Part shown: positions 42,015-56,455 of the stretch, one piece after another
Layout: every line of letters starts with the position of its first letter
Numbering within the stretch: the first letter of the stretch is position 1
Assembly (NCBI RefSeq): GCF_006345805.1
Contig: NC_042997.1
Span: 8,060,001 to 8,124,000, forward strand
DNA length: 64,000 bases
Reading direction: 5' to 3'
From: Octopus sinensis
Lineage: Eukaryota
Translations under genes and position numbers: made by a program
The notes under the pieces: generated by a model
Databases searched by the model: none
What the model saw: only the letters and a program-made list of their open reading frames with translations
Told to the model about the DNA's origin: nothing

Positions 42015-43279
42015 CATAGAAGGGTGATACGATGACCAAGTTACTGTAATGGAATGTGTCGAACTCGGGTTTATTATGCCACAAAACGTCACATGCTATC
42101 CACAGACGTTTTAATATAGCAGTAGCAGTACTATAGCAGTGTTTGGGTCCCATTCGTGAAAACGTTTCAATCTGTTGGTCAAAATCGTCATAAGTGGCAC
42201 ATACGACTTTATCATCAGTGCAATACTGATTCCCAGCAAAGTGATCTTTGATGTTGGGGAACTGAAAATAGTCGGATAGGGCTAAAACAGGAGCATAATG
42301 AGAATGATCAATCAGTTCATGGCTACTGTCACGTACAGCGACCAATGAAATCAAGAACTCAAAATGCTGGGACACTGTCCTCATGGAACAAAACCCATTT
42401 GTCAGTTTTCCAGTGCGTTTGATCTTGGCAGCCTTTCTTAACTGCCACAGCAAGCTGGAAAAGTACTTTCCATTAATGATGTCGTTCTTTTCAAGATGGC
42501 AAAAAATCACAATGACTTTTGCATCTCAAAAAAACGTGTATCATTACCTTCTCTGTACGTGAAACGATCTCGGCCTTCTTTCGAGCAGGATAGAAGGAGG
42601 TGTTTGCACTGCATAGACTCCCTCTTTGTCTCTGGCTCAAATTCATGAATCAAACACTCATCCTCGGTTAGGAAACATTGAAGGGGATTCCTGGATCTGC
42701 CTGAAGCAATGTCAGATTTTTCCATGATGTGATCAGATTGGAGTGCATTTGATCAGATGACAGAATATGTGGTTCCAAGGGAACAAACATATTTGTCATG
42801 TCAAATTCATTGTAAAAAATATTCTCAACTCTCCCCATGGATATACTAAGTGCATTGGCTATTTCATTGATAGTCAATCGCCTGTCATCCATCAGCATGT
42901 GGTGAACACGATCAATATATTCCTCAGTAGTGGCAATTTCAGGACATTCAGAAAACGATTCACCTTCAAGACTCAAAAATTTCAAAATTCAGCTGTTGGA
43001 GCGTCATACCTTAATCTAGCAACCATAGCGTGAATGTCCTTCGGGGCTAAAGACTTTTCTGCAGGTACCTGATAGCACAACAACGCAAAGTTTTGTCTAC
43101 ATTCACGAGAAGTCACTACTAGTTACTTTTGACGTCTTCTTTGGACAGTCACATATCAGTTTACCTGATAAACAAAAACAATGCAGTGATTAATAGTGAT
43201 AAAATTTATGAATGCAAGATTCCATAGCTCTAACATCACTCCTTCTTAGTCATTCTATGAACTATTCAACCCACCCTCG
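42015..43279 (-). mobile_element. Decayed mariner (DD34D-type) transposon
   Basis: 5' TIR cgagggtgggttgaatagttcatag with TA at 43280-43281. Motifs DDRRLTINEIA, FLTEDEC..FEPETKRESMQ, LLWQLRKA..K.RTGKLTNG and H.HYAPVLALSDYFQFPN. The 3' TIR is poorly preserved. Confidence 0.85.
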
Positions 43280-43599
43280 TATATAAAAACACATCCAAAT
43301 ATGTGTGTGTGTGTGTGTATGTGTTTGTATGTATGTGTATGTATATATGTGTGTGTATATGCATCTATGTATACCCATAGATAGTTCGGCACTATAGGAA
43401 TCGTTCTAGTTATAATGAATACAGCAATTTAATTAGTTATAACAGATATAGTTACTTTTGTAAAATTAGGATTGTTCCTACGTAATCTTTGAATATCTTT
43501 AAATTACTGATTAAGTATTGTTAACTTTATCCTTTGTAGCTGCACGATAATAAGCATAACCTGGTGCAGCTTTGCAGGCATTTCTGAAGAGCTTATATA

Positions 43600-43649
<50 letters not shown>

Positions 43650-44299
43650 TATTCTGTGATACCGAACATAGTTACATACACACATAAACTTATATGTATT
43701 TATTTAAATAAAGTGAGTACGTGTGTATATGGAAATGTTTGTGTATCTTTATATCTGCATATATGTATTACACATATACTCTCTATATTTCATGTTGCAT
43801 GTCAGCATATTTTAGTCGAATATTTTGTTTTAACACCAGCAGTGACTTTACTTTAATCTAAATACCTAATTTCTTCCAAAGCTGTAACTGCTCTCGGAAG
43901 ACATTTGCATTTATCAAATATAAAGAACGGTCGTAGACAGTTTGAACGCAAATGAATGGCGAATACCTATACTGCTTACGATTCCAGTCATCAATCTTTA
44001 AATAAATAAATTTAATTGTGTCTGTGCGTATGCATATATATGTGAGCAACTTCGGAATATACTTCCTAAATTAGTTCCACATGTACATAATACATATATC
44101 TGCGTTCAGAATATATTTATGGAGAAACAATTATGCTAGCATCAATAAAACAATTTAATCATATATCAAATACACCAGAGTGGCAAAACGAGGAAAAATA
44201 TGATTATATTCGTAGATATAATTAATCTCTACCACATGTGTGTCCATCACCTATGCCATTTTTGTCGCAAGGCAAAAACCCGAAGCTCTTGCTGATGTT

Positions 44300-44432
44300 T
44301 GTTTTCAACTGAGTGAACTGAGGCGATATGAAATGAAGTGCTTTAATGAAAGACAGAAAGCGCTACCTGTTCCGAGAATGGAATACAGAACGTAAGAACC
44401 GTGAGCCCAACACACAATAGGCTAAAGTAGGC
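44300..44432 (-). mobile_element. SINE family B fragment
   Basis: aactgagtgaactgaggcgatatgaaatgaagtgc is the reverse complement of the family B core. Confidence 0.55.
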
Positions 44433-45710
44433 GCCTTCCCAAGGGACTAAACGTATCAGGATTTAGTTTATGATATATTCTGAATTCTAATCCCGCTAAA
44501 TTAAATATTTGTACTTTTTGTAAATGTAGAATAAATATGTACCAGTCATGCACTGTGTTAAGTTAAATCAGCTTCATGTGTCTTCCCCAAATATAATATC
44601 CATGTACAAACACGAAAATTTACTAACGGGAACAAGCGTAGACTTGTAAACAAATTGCTTGCATAGACTTCAAAGAAGACATCACTGTTTCACAGGAGCA
44701 TTGCGATTTATATGATCTCGAACTTCAGCTTTCCTAAGGGATACAGACTAAAATCATAGTAAACAGCAAAGCAAGATTATTTCTAATTTGAGAAAGAGGA
44801 AAAATAACGAAAAAATATCACGTCTACTAGACTGTGACCTTAGAAATATTGACAATATTAATGTGAAAAATCTTTCTTAAAATTTTTTAATATTTTTACT
44901 GTGATAGATTTTATTTATTTTATTAAACGGAAATGTTTCATCAACAAAAGTCTATGCGTTATTCGATTATCACACCCATTCATCAATCTTAGTGTCACGT
45001 AGCTGTCTCTTATGAATAAAAAGTTGTAGACATGTAACTTTACTTTTACGCCAATGTAAGTTTTATTTCACTTAGATCATAGAATCTTCAATACAGGTGA
45101 ATGCATTATTTCTACTATGTCTTCATAACTAGTATTTCAAACATTACATAGGATGTTCTATTTTACTGAATCGCTTACGTTGCATACATTTTATTTACAC
45201 CCGTATTTACTTTGGGTTTATGTCCTAATTAAGTCAATTCTGTTATTCACTCTTCAGGAATTTATATAATAGGGGCCTATCTTCAGCGATGTCACTCTTT
45301 TACCTAACGTTAGGACCACGTTGAGCCGTAAAATCAATAGCAATAGCTGTTGAGTTAGTTGTGGAGTGATAATCAAAGAATGTTAGTCTCTATATTAAAT
45401 TGATGATTTGTTTCAATTACGATATATTTTGTAAGACACACGTATTCAAACATGTACGAACTCGTTCAACTTTAAGTGTGTCAGTGTTGAATTATTTCTA
45501 GTCTGCCTATGCAACGTCTTGGGGGGGGGATTATGGGGCTGAATATGTTTAATTATGCAGTGGTGCTCTCATTTGAAAACTAAAAGTTATCAGGGCTTTG
45601 AGTAGCCTGATTTTAGGTAGATTTTTAAGTCTATATGGGCGCGTATGTGTGTGTTTGTGTGTGGGTGTATGTGTGTGTATAAGTATAATAGTTAAAGAAG
45701 ATGACAAGCC

Positions 45711-45980
45711 TTAAGGCAAGGCAAATATCTCAAGTCATATACATTATTATTATTGGAAAAAATGTCTTTGTAAGAGAAATTTATATGACTTGATATGTTT
45801 GCATTGCCTTAACGTTTGGTGTCCTCTATAACGATTATATATCCGCTATATCAGAAATCTGCAATAGCTTCATAACTACCGTCTCAGCTATAACCTTGGA
45901 GTCCTAGTAATCCGTTACAGCTCTTACCTAACGCACCTAATCGTTTAGATCACCTGTGAACTAAACCGTCATGTTTTGTG
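45711..45980 (-). mobile_element. Right half of the palindromic element, plus a 51-bp duplicate of its left inner arm
   Basis: 45711-45761 matches 41106-41156 (3 mismatches in 51). 45782-45980 is the inverted arm, ending GTG followed by TA. Confidence 0.65.
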
Positions 45981-46031
45981 TATATATATATATATATGTG
46001 TATGTGTGTGTGTGTGCATACATATATATAC

Positions 46032-46109
<78 letters not shown>

Positions 46110-46783
46110 GTATGTATACACACACACACACACACATATATATATACATATATATATATATCACCGTGATCACCGTGACCGACCAGGCTATCAGATATTG
46201 CTACAGGTCGCTGGTCACAATGCGCTTCTCATTGTTTTAGCCTTCACATGACACCACCCCGCTGGCTAAGCGGGCAGGCCAAATATATATATATACATAT
46301 ATATGAATTAATTAAAGGCTTTTTGCTTAGTGAATTTGTTAATTTGTTGACATCAGAAAAGCGCGTATATACAAATACGTGTACGTTCATTTCTTCATAT
46401 ACACACAAATATGGATACAAGTAGTTCTCTGTGGAAAAGTGCTATCTGTCTATTAAAACATTAATATTAATTTATGTAATGCAATTATCCAAACAAGATT
46501 AGAAGTGATGGTATTATCGATAAAAAGAGTACAATAAAGAGAAAGAGCGAAGGTGGCTTAAAGGCTGAAGCGTTTTTCTGGGGAAGATTTGGTGTTTTAC
46601 ACACATTTCATCAAATATCTTCGTACATGTAACAGCGCCAATATCTCATACATGACAATATTTTTTAAGTGGAAAAACCCATATATATATGTGTGTGTGT
46701 GTGTGTGGTGTGTGTGCATACATATATATATATATATCTATATATATATATATATATCTATATATATATATATATGTATGTAT

Positions 46784-46823
<40 letters not shown>

Positions 46824-47341
46824 CACCGTGATCACCGTGACCGACCAGGCTATCAGATATTGCTACAGGTCGCTGGTCACAATGCGCTTCTCATTGTTTT
46901 AGCCTTCACATGACACCACCCCGCTGGCTAAGCGGGCAGGCCAAATATATATATACATATATATGAATTAATTAAAGGCTTTTTGCTTAGTGAATTTGTT
47001 AATTTGTTGACATCAGAAAAGCGCGTATATACAAATACGTGTACGTTCATTTCTTCATATACACACAAATATGGATACAAGTAGTTCTCTGTGGAAAAGT
47101 GCTATCTGTCTATTAAAACATTAATATTAATTTATGTAATGCAATTTATCCAAACAAGATTAGAAGTGATGGTATTATCGATAAAAAGAGTACAATAAAG
47201 AGAAAGAGCGAAGGTGGCTTAAAGGCTGAAGCGTTTTTCTGGGGAAGATTTGGTGTTTTACACACATTTCATCAAATATCTTCGTACATGTAACAGCGCC
47301 AATATCTCATACATGACAATATTTTTTAAGTGGAAAAACCC

Positions 47342-47360
<19 letters not shown>
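46110..47360 (+). repeat. ~662-bp near-identical tandem duplication
   Basis: caccgtgatcaccgtgaccgacc begins at 46162 and at 46824. The non-microsatellite parts differ only by a few single-base indels. Confidence 0.93.
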
Positions 47361-47377
<17 letters not shown>

Positions 47378-49302
47378 CGCATAAGTCCATAAACGCTTTG
47401 TGTGCTACATTTTCGCAGATCAAATGAAGCGTAATTACTTGAATAGGATCGCCCCTATATATATATTTAGACCATTATATTTTCAGCTTCTGAATTGTCA
47501 AGAAGCAAATTTGGTGGTAGTGACATTTTTCTCCTAGGTATATTTACACATCTCATTACGAATACATCTTAGACAATACCAAACTTAATTTATATTTTTG
47601 AGCTAGTATGCATTATGTGATATGCGTTGTATTAAAATCTGTTTCTTTTAAACTTTCTTATCAAAATTTAGCTTAAGGAATTAAATGTGTAGGTAGCGAC
47701 TGTAAGATTCTGCAGGAATAATTGTTCCACATCTTGTGTTTTCTTAAGTATTTTTAGGTGAATTACATGCTATTGCCAAGGGGAAGCTGCATTTAAGTAC
47801 GTTTTTGTCTTAATTTTCTTATTCAGTTCTGAGAGTACACAGAAGAAGAATATTTTGCGAATACTCATATGTATGTTGATATAAGCAATGCAAAAGAAAT
47901 GAAGTGTCTTAAAATATGATTCAACAACCATACATATATGTTCAGTTAGACCCAACTATGATAAAATTTCTTGGCCTAGATATCTACCTTTTCATTGACA
48001 ATATGCCATCGCTAACAGCAGTTCCTATATTCAATTTTTTCTATATGTTATGAGAACATTAGTGAGAATGAGTAGTGACCTATTTGGATTCTTATTGATA
48101 ACATACAATTATTGATTTCTTTTCAAAAGAGTGCTTGACCTACACCGATTAAATGATAAAATGTTCCCATTCTTCTACTGTTTATTTGAGGGTGTGCGTT
48201 GTCAAACTAAATACAACTGAAACCAATGAATGTCTATTAAACATATTTTTTGTTGCTGGCGTTGCTAAAAGTATTGTTGTTGTGGTTCAGTAACCTCAGT
48301 AAGCTTAATTCAGTCGGTGGCATTGAAGTAGTTGATCAAAGTCTCTGTTGATTGTAGTAAACATAGCCAGTAAACGCTTACTAAATATGTTATAAAACTT
48401 TTGAACGAGGTGAATAGACAACTACACCAAACAGTTGTTGATTTAGGTGGGGGTAATTTTTAAACCAAAGCTAGCCTTGAACAACTAGTCATGATCAGTA
48501 ATTTGCAAACCTGGCTATATTTTTTTTACATATGTTGATATAATGTTTTTTGAAGGTATTCTCGAATTTATTTCTAGCACATCTAATAACCTGGCTGATG
48601 ACCCGTGGTTGAATTAAAATTGAACACTTTATTAATTTCTGTATAAGTTCACCCAACATATCTGGTTACAAGAGATGCCACAGTCAGTATCATGTTATAT
48701 AAAATTCTCTAGCAAAGATAACACTCCTAAGAGTTTCTGTTATTAGTGATAACTGGAGAATGTGTTAATTGAAATGTTACTTCTTTCTATCTCTTATTTA
48801 TATTTTGCTTTTGTTTCTCGTTTACTTTTATTTCGTCTTCACGTCATGAGTATTTAGTTAATATTAATGAGGAAGTATGGCGGAGAAAGCTTTTGTTTAA
48901 CATTTTAGAACCCTTATATTGTTAAATAATGAGAGGTGCAGATATAAAAATACCTCCTTCATTACATACGATATGATTTTATATAAACGCCATTTAAATT
49001 TCCCCTGGATGAAACGGGCAAAATAGGAGTTCCTTCACAAGCAATTAAACTTCTGTAAATTACAGCTATATGTTGCTCAATTCAAACGCACTGATCTTAA
49101 AAGCAACAACAACGACAAAAGAGGTCTAGGGGTACACAACTACAATTTTATATGGAATATTCCTGTAGAAACACCATATCCTTGCCGCAACAAACATTAC
49201 TCTTGGACTAAACAATGACTGTGTACTATATTTTATTACATATATATAAATACATATAAAGACTCATATACAGGCATATACATATGCATATATGTATGTA
49301 TG

Positions 49303-49700
49303 TCATCATTCAGTTTTATTCCAAGGTTTCTTGCCAATAGAGAAAGAGCCGGTTTCTGACCTAGATCCAAAGCTTCTTGAATGGGATTTTCACATCAACC
49401 AAGTATTTTGTATGTAACTACAGGTGGCGCACCAGCATGACCTCAGTCATAGGCTGAAACCAATAAAAGATAAAAGATGTATGTATGCATGTATGTAAGT
49501 ATGGATACGTACAGATTTGTTTTGTGAATGTCTTCTCACGCATGTACTTAAATATCTAGACATGCTCATATATACATAAATGATAACCTTCTGGAAAGTT
49601 TTACAAATATTTACAGTCCCACTGGTGGCTTAAATCTGTAGTCTTCGAATCAGCTTTCTCTTTTCTGGTTTTGAGAAGCCTAATTTCTCAAGATGGGTGC
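49303..49700 (-). mobile_element. Second, more diverged 3' fragment of the R4/Dong-like LINE
   Basis: 49505-49700 is homologous to 49945-50135. The tail ggatctagg..aataaaactgaatgatga-(cata)n at 49303-49370 matches 49757-49825. Confidence 0.7.
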
Positions 49701-49756
49701 ATAAGTATGTATGTATGCATGTATGTATGTATGTATGTATGTATGTATGTATGTAT

Positions 49757-51795
49757 GCCATTGTTCAGTTTTATTTCAATATTTTCTGCCAATAAAGAAG
49801 GACCCTATTTGTAACCTAGATCCAATGTATATATGTTTGTACGTATGTATGTTATGTATGTATGTATGTATGTATGCATGTATGCATGTATGTATGTATG
49901 TATGTATGTATGTATGTATGTATGTATGTATGTATGTATGCATGCAGATTTGTATGTTTCGTTTTATGTATGTATTTTCATGCGTATAGTTGCATATCTA
50001 GATATGATCATATATATTTAAATGATACATTTCTGGAAATGTTTACAGATTTTTACAGTTCCAGTGATAGATTGTATCTGTACTCTTCGAATTAGCTTTC
50101 TCCTTTCTGATTTTGAGAAGTCTAATTTCTCAAGATTGGTATTTAAGCAGTATGTCATATGTCGCAGGGCTTCGATAATTAGAGGTATAAACCTGAACTT
50201 ATAATCTGGATAGAGTAACTGCAGATTTCTCAATAAGTCAGCGTAGGTATCCCATTTTCCATTGATCTATGATGTGGACGATATCTTCGCTGTTAACTCC
50301 AGAATGTCTGCATCGGTTGTCACATTTTACAGCCTTTCCTGTATCTCTATCCCTTTTATACATCAGGTATTTGGTCGATACTTCCTGTTCCTGGATTACA
50401 AACGCATACCCTTCAAAGTGAGAGGTAGTAATCCAGTTATTGGCTCATGATAGACTGCTTTGATAGTCAATGTTACTATTATCTCAGAGCTTTCTACTAC
50501 CATATCCATGGTCTTCTGCGCTTGTATGATCATTCTTTCATCTGATAAATCGTGTGACTTCTTTGGGCATATATTAATGGTTTACAGTCAAGGAATGTTG
50601 CTGAAGGGACTGCCTTCCAAGTCTTATGATGTTACCAGCCTCATTTATGCACACTTGGTCAAGGGATGCATGTCAACAATTGGTGGTTAAAAGATTTTGC
50701 TGCAGGTATATGATACGACATTCAAAGGTATTTTGGATCGCCGTTAAGTCAATGCCACCTTTTTTTCGTTTTAGGGAGCGGCGATCTATGTCACTGTTAA
50801 TGTTGAAATTATATATGCTTGTTAGTATTTTTCGGGTTTTCACATCAATTGCTCGGATCTCATCAAGCGTCCAATCAAGCAGCTCAAATGTTGGTATGAG
50901 TACTGGCACTGCAAACACATTGTGGGCCACGGTTTTTTTTAATGCAGAGTATTCTGATGTTCAAATTTTCTTTATCCGACTGTAATGTTCTTTAATGACA
51001 CGTGTTTTGTTACAGGTGCCAGTGTAATATATGTTATCATCCACCCTAGATACTGGAACATTCCAGTCAAAAGCGTTTTTTGTAGTCTAACCACATTGAA
51101 ACTACGTTCCACTTATGCTCTCGCACCTCTGACAATTAACAATTGCTCGTTACATCCCCAGACCGCCTTCTTCCCAGCTGCTTGTTTTGCTGTGATGATG
51201 TTATTGGTTTCACAATGGTTCTGGAGGAAAAGTTTTAAGCATGCTGTATATATCTTATAGATTATGTTCTGGCGTGCAATTGGGCGGTAGATTTTTGTCA
51301 TGTGGGTGGTTCTACATTTCAAGACAAATTTTGTCGCTGCCAGAGCTAACCGGAGTGGTATGCTACTGTTCCCAATGAGAGATTGCTGGTATAGTTCGAT
51401 AAGATGTGGTCGGTAGAAGGTTAGCTTGTGCCAATATCCAATGATCAAGTGTCTTGCAGGTGCTTTTACATCTTGAGGTTTCAGTTGCAAGAATATCACC
51501 ATCAATACTGTATGTCTTAGGTGGCAATAACTTCGTCGGATTTCTTCCAGCCAAGGAGCATCTTGGTCTTCCTCCATAAGGAGTCTTCTTGTGAAGGACC
51601 TTCCGTGATGTTCACTGCTCCTCCTCTTTTGTCTCTGTGTACTGCTGCCTGGTTCTGGTTAAATATTTTTGCTTATTATTTTTCCTCGGTTATTATCTTC
51701 TGATGTAAGAGTTTCTGACTGACAGCTGTTTGCACTGGCTTGAGAATAATCAGTTTGTAAGTGAGTGTCTTCTTTATGCTGTCTCCAGACGTCAG
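49757..51795 (-). mobile_element. R4/Dong-like non-LTR retrotransposon (RLE class), internally deleted
   Basis: Motifs YRPIA..NIIYKIYTA, QAAGKKAVWGC.EQLLI, MWLDYKK.F, NVFAVPVL..W..EI..IDVKTRKIL..SDIDR..L.RKKGG, the zinc knuckle CDNRC..EDIVHII, and the C-terminal YADLLRNLQLLYPDYKFRFIP.II.ALG-like and GTVKI. Flanked by (CATA)n on both sides. Confidence 0.8.
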
Positions 51796-52154
51796 TATGT
51801 ATGTATGTATGTACGTGTGTATGTATGTATGTATGTATGTATGTATGTGTATATGTATGTATGCATGCATGTATGTATGTAAATGAACCCGTTACATGTC
51901 AGTGAGTGAATGGATACCACATATTGTCACCATCAGTAGGAGGGTGTGGGGGGTCAGAAAATACATTTGTTAGCAGATGTTAGGATTTCAATAATGGTAT
52001 TTTGACCAAATTACTTACAAATGGAAATTCACAGTTATAGTGAAACTGGATGCAAGCCAATCACTTTGGGAATTGGAGGTTAAATTCCTGTCAAGGTTAA
52101 TTCTACATTTCTACAGTAAATAGATTTTAACTCCGAAGTCCCTACTCCAGCACG

Positions 52155-52187
<33 letters not shown>

Positions 52188-52949
52188 CATACATAGAGAA
52201 AGATAGATATAGATAGATAGTTACTTGTGTTGTGTTGTGTTTATGTGTCATTGTATGTGTGTGTGTATGTATGTATGTATGTATGCAAGCATGCAAGCAT
52301 GCATGTATGCATGTATGTATGTATGCACGTATGAATGTATAATGTCTCTTTAGTGTCGATTCTTAACTCCGGTTTCATAGCATTCACTCGATGACAGATA
52401 ATACAATCCTGGAAAGTTTTCCTGTATGTCTCCTGTAAATTCTCAGATAATTGAATACCTATTTCTGACAGTAAAATGAACAGAAGAAAATGTAAACTAA
52501 AGTGATCTGCCTATAAATACAATCAAATGCCTGGAGCAAATTTAAATTCATCATATAGCAGGAATGCGTTAGAGTTTACTTTCATTCACTCATGAAAGAT
52601 TTATTGTAACTGCTTAGAGATTTGGCCAATTATTCTGAATTCTAGAAGAGTATACATGCGATGAGAAAGCTAAGGTTAACCAACCCTGTGGGAATATAGT
52701 AGAGGACATAAACTTATAAATTTAACCTGCAGAGAGTGTATATACGTACCTAAATACATACAAACACACATACACACACACACATATATATACAGATATA
52801 TATATATATACATATATGTAATATATATACATGCATACATATATATACATATATGTGATATATGTAATATATCTATATATATAGTTATATACATGTATAC
52901 ATATATATGCGTGTGTGTGTGTGTGTATAAATATACATATATACATACA

Positions 52950-54182
52950 GGGGTTGGACAAAATAATGGAAACACCTAGCATCATTGCATTATAATTTCG
53001 AAATATTTATAAAACCATTTTTATGTTTTTTTATTATTATTATTAGTGTTGCTTAATATGTTTTGCCAAAATAGCTCCTTCTTTTCAGATATAAGAAAAA
53101 GGTAATTAAAATTCATGAAAATGACAGATCTATCGGACTTTCAAACAGGTCCAATTGTTGGTGCTCGTATGGCAAACGCTAGCGTAACGAAAACAGCCGA
53201 AATGTTTGGTGTATCAGGAAGTACTGTCTCGAAAGTAATGAGAGACTTTGAGAGAGAAAGAATAACCTCTTCGTTGAAACAAAACTGTGGAAGAAACCCA
53301 AGACTCTCACATAGGGACCGTCGGATTCTTACGCGAATTATTAAGAAAGGATCACAAAAGTACAGCTCCCAAGGCTTAATGACAACCTCGAGAATCCAGT
53401 TTCCACAAAAACTGTTCGCCGGAAACTGCACAAAGCCGGATTTCCTGGGAGAGCTACATTCGGAAAGCCTTTCAAAAACAAACGTTGCAAAGCGTTTGGA
53501 GTGAAGTAAAAACCTACAGAATTCGTTCCTAGAGCAGTGGAATAAAATTATTTTCTCGGACGAGTCATCCTTTACATTATTTCCGACCACCGGCCGAGAA
53601 TACGTTTGAAGACAGCCAAAAGAAGCATTTGATCCAGACTACCTCCTTCCAACTGTTAAACATGGAGGAGTGTCTGTGATAATCGGTGGGGTGGGTGGCT
53701 ATATGTTGGAAATCCGCCAGCCCAATGGTTTCCCTTCATAGCAGAATTAATAGTCAAGACTATTTAAGCATTTTATCTGATCAAATTCATCCTATATTTG
53801 CGGAACTGTCTCCGGAGAGAAACGCAATCTTGCACCAATTAACATAGCTAAAGTTGTTACTGAATGGCACGAAGAATATTCTTGTGAAGTTGAACATCTT
53901 ATATGGCCACCACAGTATCCAGATGTCAATATTATTGGACATTTATGGTGCATTTAAGAAAAACATGTGAGGAGTCGATATCATCCGCTATCATCAATAC
54001 AGGAACCGGAGACTGTTTCAGCAGGAGGATGGACAAAAATTCCTTTGGAAGAAAGTCAAACTTTCTCCGAGTCCATACCTCGCAGAATTTAAGCTGTAAT
54101 TACTGCCAAATCGATGTTACCCCATGTTAAAATATATTTGTTTGAAATTTTGAGGTGTTTCCATTATTTTTTCCAACCCCTG
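52950..54182 (+). mobile_element. Full-length decayed Tc1 (DD34E-type) transposon
   Basis: TA-flanked TIRs: cagggttggacaaaataatggaaacacct versus the reverse complement caggggttggaaaaaataatggaaacacct. Transposase MTDLSDFQTG..IIFSDESSF..TVKHGG..WPPQYPDVNII; a small deletion removes the QDDN motif. Confidence 0.92.
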
Positions 54183-54208
54183 TACGTGCATGTATACATA
54201 TATCTTTG

Positions 54209-54315
<107 letters not shown>

Positions 54316-54319
54316 ATCG

Positions 54320-54420
54320 ACCGGGGATCTGGGAAGCCAGAAGGCTGCACCAGGCTCCGGTCTTATCTGGCAATGTTTCTACAGCTGGATGCCCTTCCTA
54401 ACGCCAACCACTCCGTGAGT
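54320..54420 (+). mobile_element. Short retroelement 3'-end-like fragment (RTE-type tail suspected)
   Basis: gctggatgcccttcctaacgccaaccac resembles recalled RTE/SINE tails; not confirmed. Confidence 0.4.
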
Positions 54421-54424
54421 GTAG

Positions 54425-54566
<142 letters not shown>

Positions 54567-54622
54567 CTTACGTGAATTTAGAAGCTTATGAATTTATATA
54601 TGCATGTATAACTATTGAGTTT

Positions 54623-54680
<58 letters not shown>

Positions 54681-54698
54681 ATATATATATATTATATT

Positions 54699-54732
<34 letters not shown>

Positions 54733-55564
54733 ATATGCATTCATACATATATATGTATGTATAATACATATTTGTGTGAGTGTATGTGTGTGTATGTGTG
54801 TGTGTGTTTGTTTGTAATTTGCATCGATGCAGACAACTTTAATATTACCAATCGTCTGAGTAGAACTGCATAGACAACAAGAGTGAAGCAAAGGAGTGTA
54901 TCTCTTGAACTGTACTCTACAGATGGAAACTAAAACAGCTGCAAGCTCACTGCAGATGCATGCTACTATTATTATATGCATATGTAAGTGCATGTATTTG
55001 TGCTAACATCATTATACATAGACATGCGCACGGCGAAAAGCATGCATGTTCATTTATATACATCTATTTCTTCACGTGTGTGCCTGCATTTGTGTTTGTG
55101 TGTGTGTAACAGTGTGCATTTGTTTGTGTGCATTATAGATATGTATATATATGTGTGTGTGTGTGTGTGGTGTGTGTATGTGTGTGTGTGTCCACGTTTG
55201 CGTGTGTGGTGTTATCACAGTGTGGGAAGTGGCATCAATTTCCTATTGGACTATATATCAACAATTCACCGTAATGTTTTCAACGGACTTCAGAGATCAA
55301 AGGCGAATAAAACAAACAGGATTCTGTACTTCAAATATTTGTTTCAAAACACGCACACAGACATGCGTATTTGTAATCAGGCATATGTGCAAGTGTGTCT
55401 GCTTGTGTGTGCATGACTGTATGTGCATGCCAGTATTTTGATGTGGCAAATATATACGTCCGTCTGTATATGCTTCTATACAGATATATATATTGTATGC
55501 ATATACATATACATACACACATTTATATAGATGTATATATATATATGTATATATACATATATAT

Positions 55565-55598
<34 letters not shown>

Positions 55599-56455
55599 AT
55601 ATATATAATATATATGTATATATTTATATACAGAGAAACACACATATCTGACATCTAAACATGAGTATATAATATATGCATGTGTGTGTGCGTTTGTGTT
55701 TGTGCATTCAAATATATATATACAGATAGAGAGAGAGAGACAGATAGAGAGATGTCTGGATATATATATATACGTGTACATGTGTATGCCTATATCTGTG
55801 TATGCCTATATCTACACTTGTATATGTGTACGTATGTGGGTGTGTGTAGAAGTAGTGTGACTGTATGTGTATGTTTCTTGATGTGGTGTTGCTTTATCAC
55901 TACGTAATGATCGACACACGCTACCCAACATTGTTTTAACTTTGATGTTTCTTGTACAACGCACAATGATTACTTCCATCCTATTCATACACATGCATAT
56001 TCAGAGATCGCTATGCAGAAACATACATACATACAGATAAGTTATGCGCAAACGCATACGTAAACATATCCATCATTATCCGCGCCTACGTATGTGTACA
56101 AAAATGTATTATTGCAAGCTGATACGTAGATACTAATCAATGATCACTTCTTGATGCACATAGAATTGCACACATGTTAACATATGGATGAAAGACAAAT
56201 TACATATACATGCACACAGTTAAATAATCACTGATGAACACAATCAGACGCAAAAGTGAAGAACATTTCAGACCTGAATAAGAGCACATGCAGAGCATGG
56301 TTACAGACAAATCAATTTTTGCTTCTTCTTGTGTGCTATGAATTGCCGATGTTATATACGTGTGAGAGACAGAGAAAGAAAGATAGACAGAGAGTGAAGG
56401 GGAGTGATGAAGAGAGAGATAGTTTGCATGTGGATGTAGCTATAGACATACCTAA

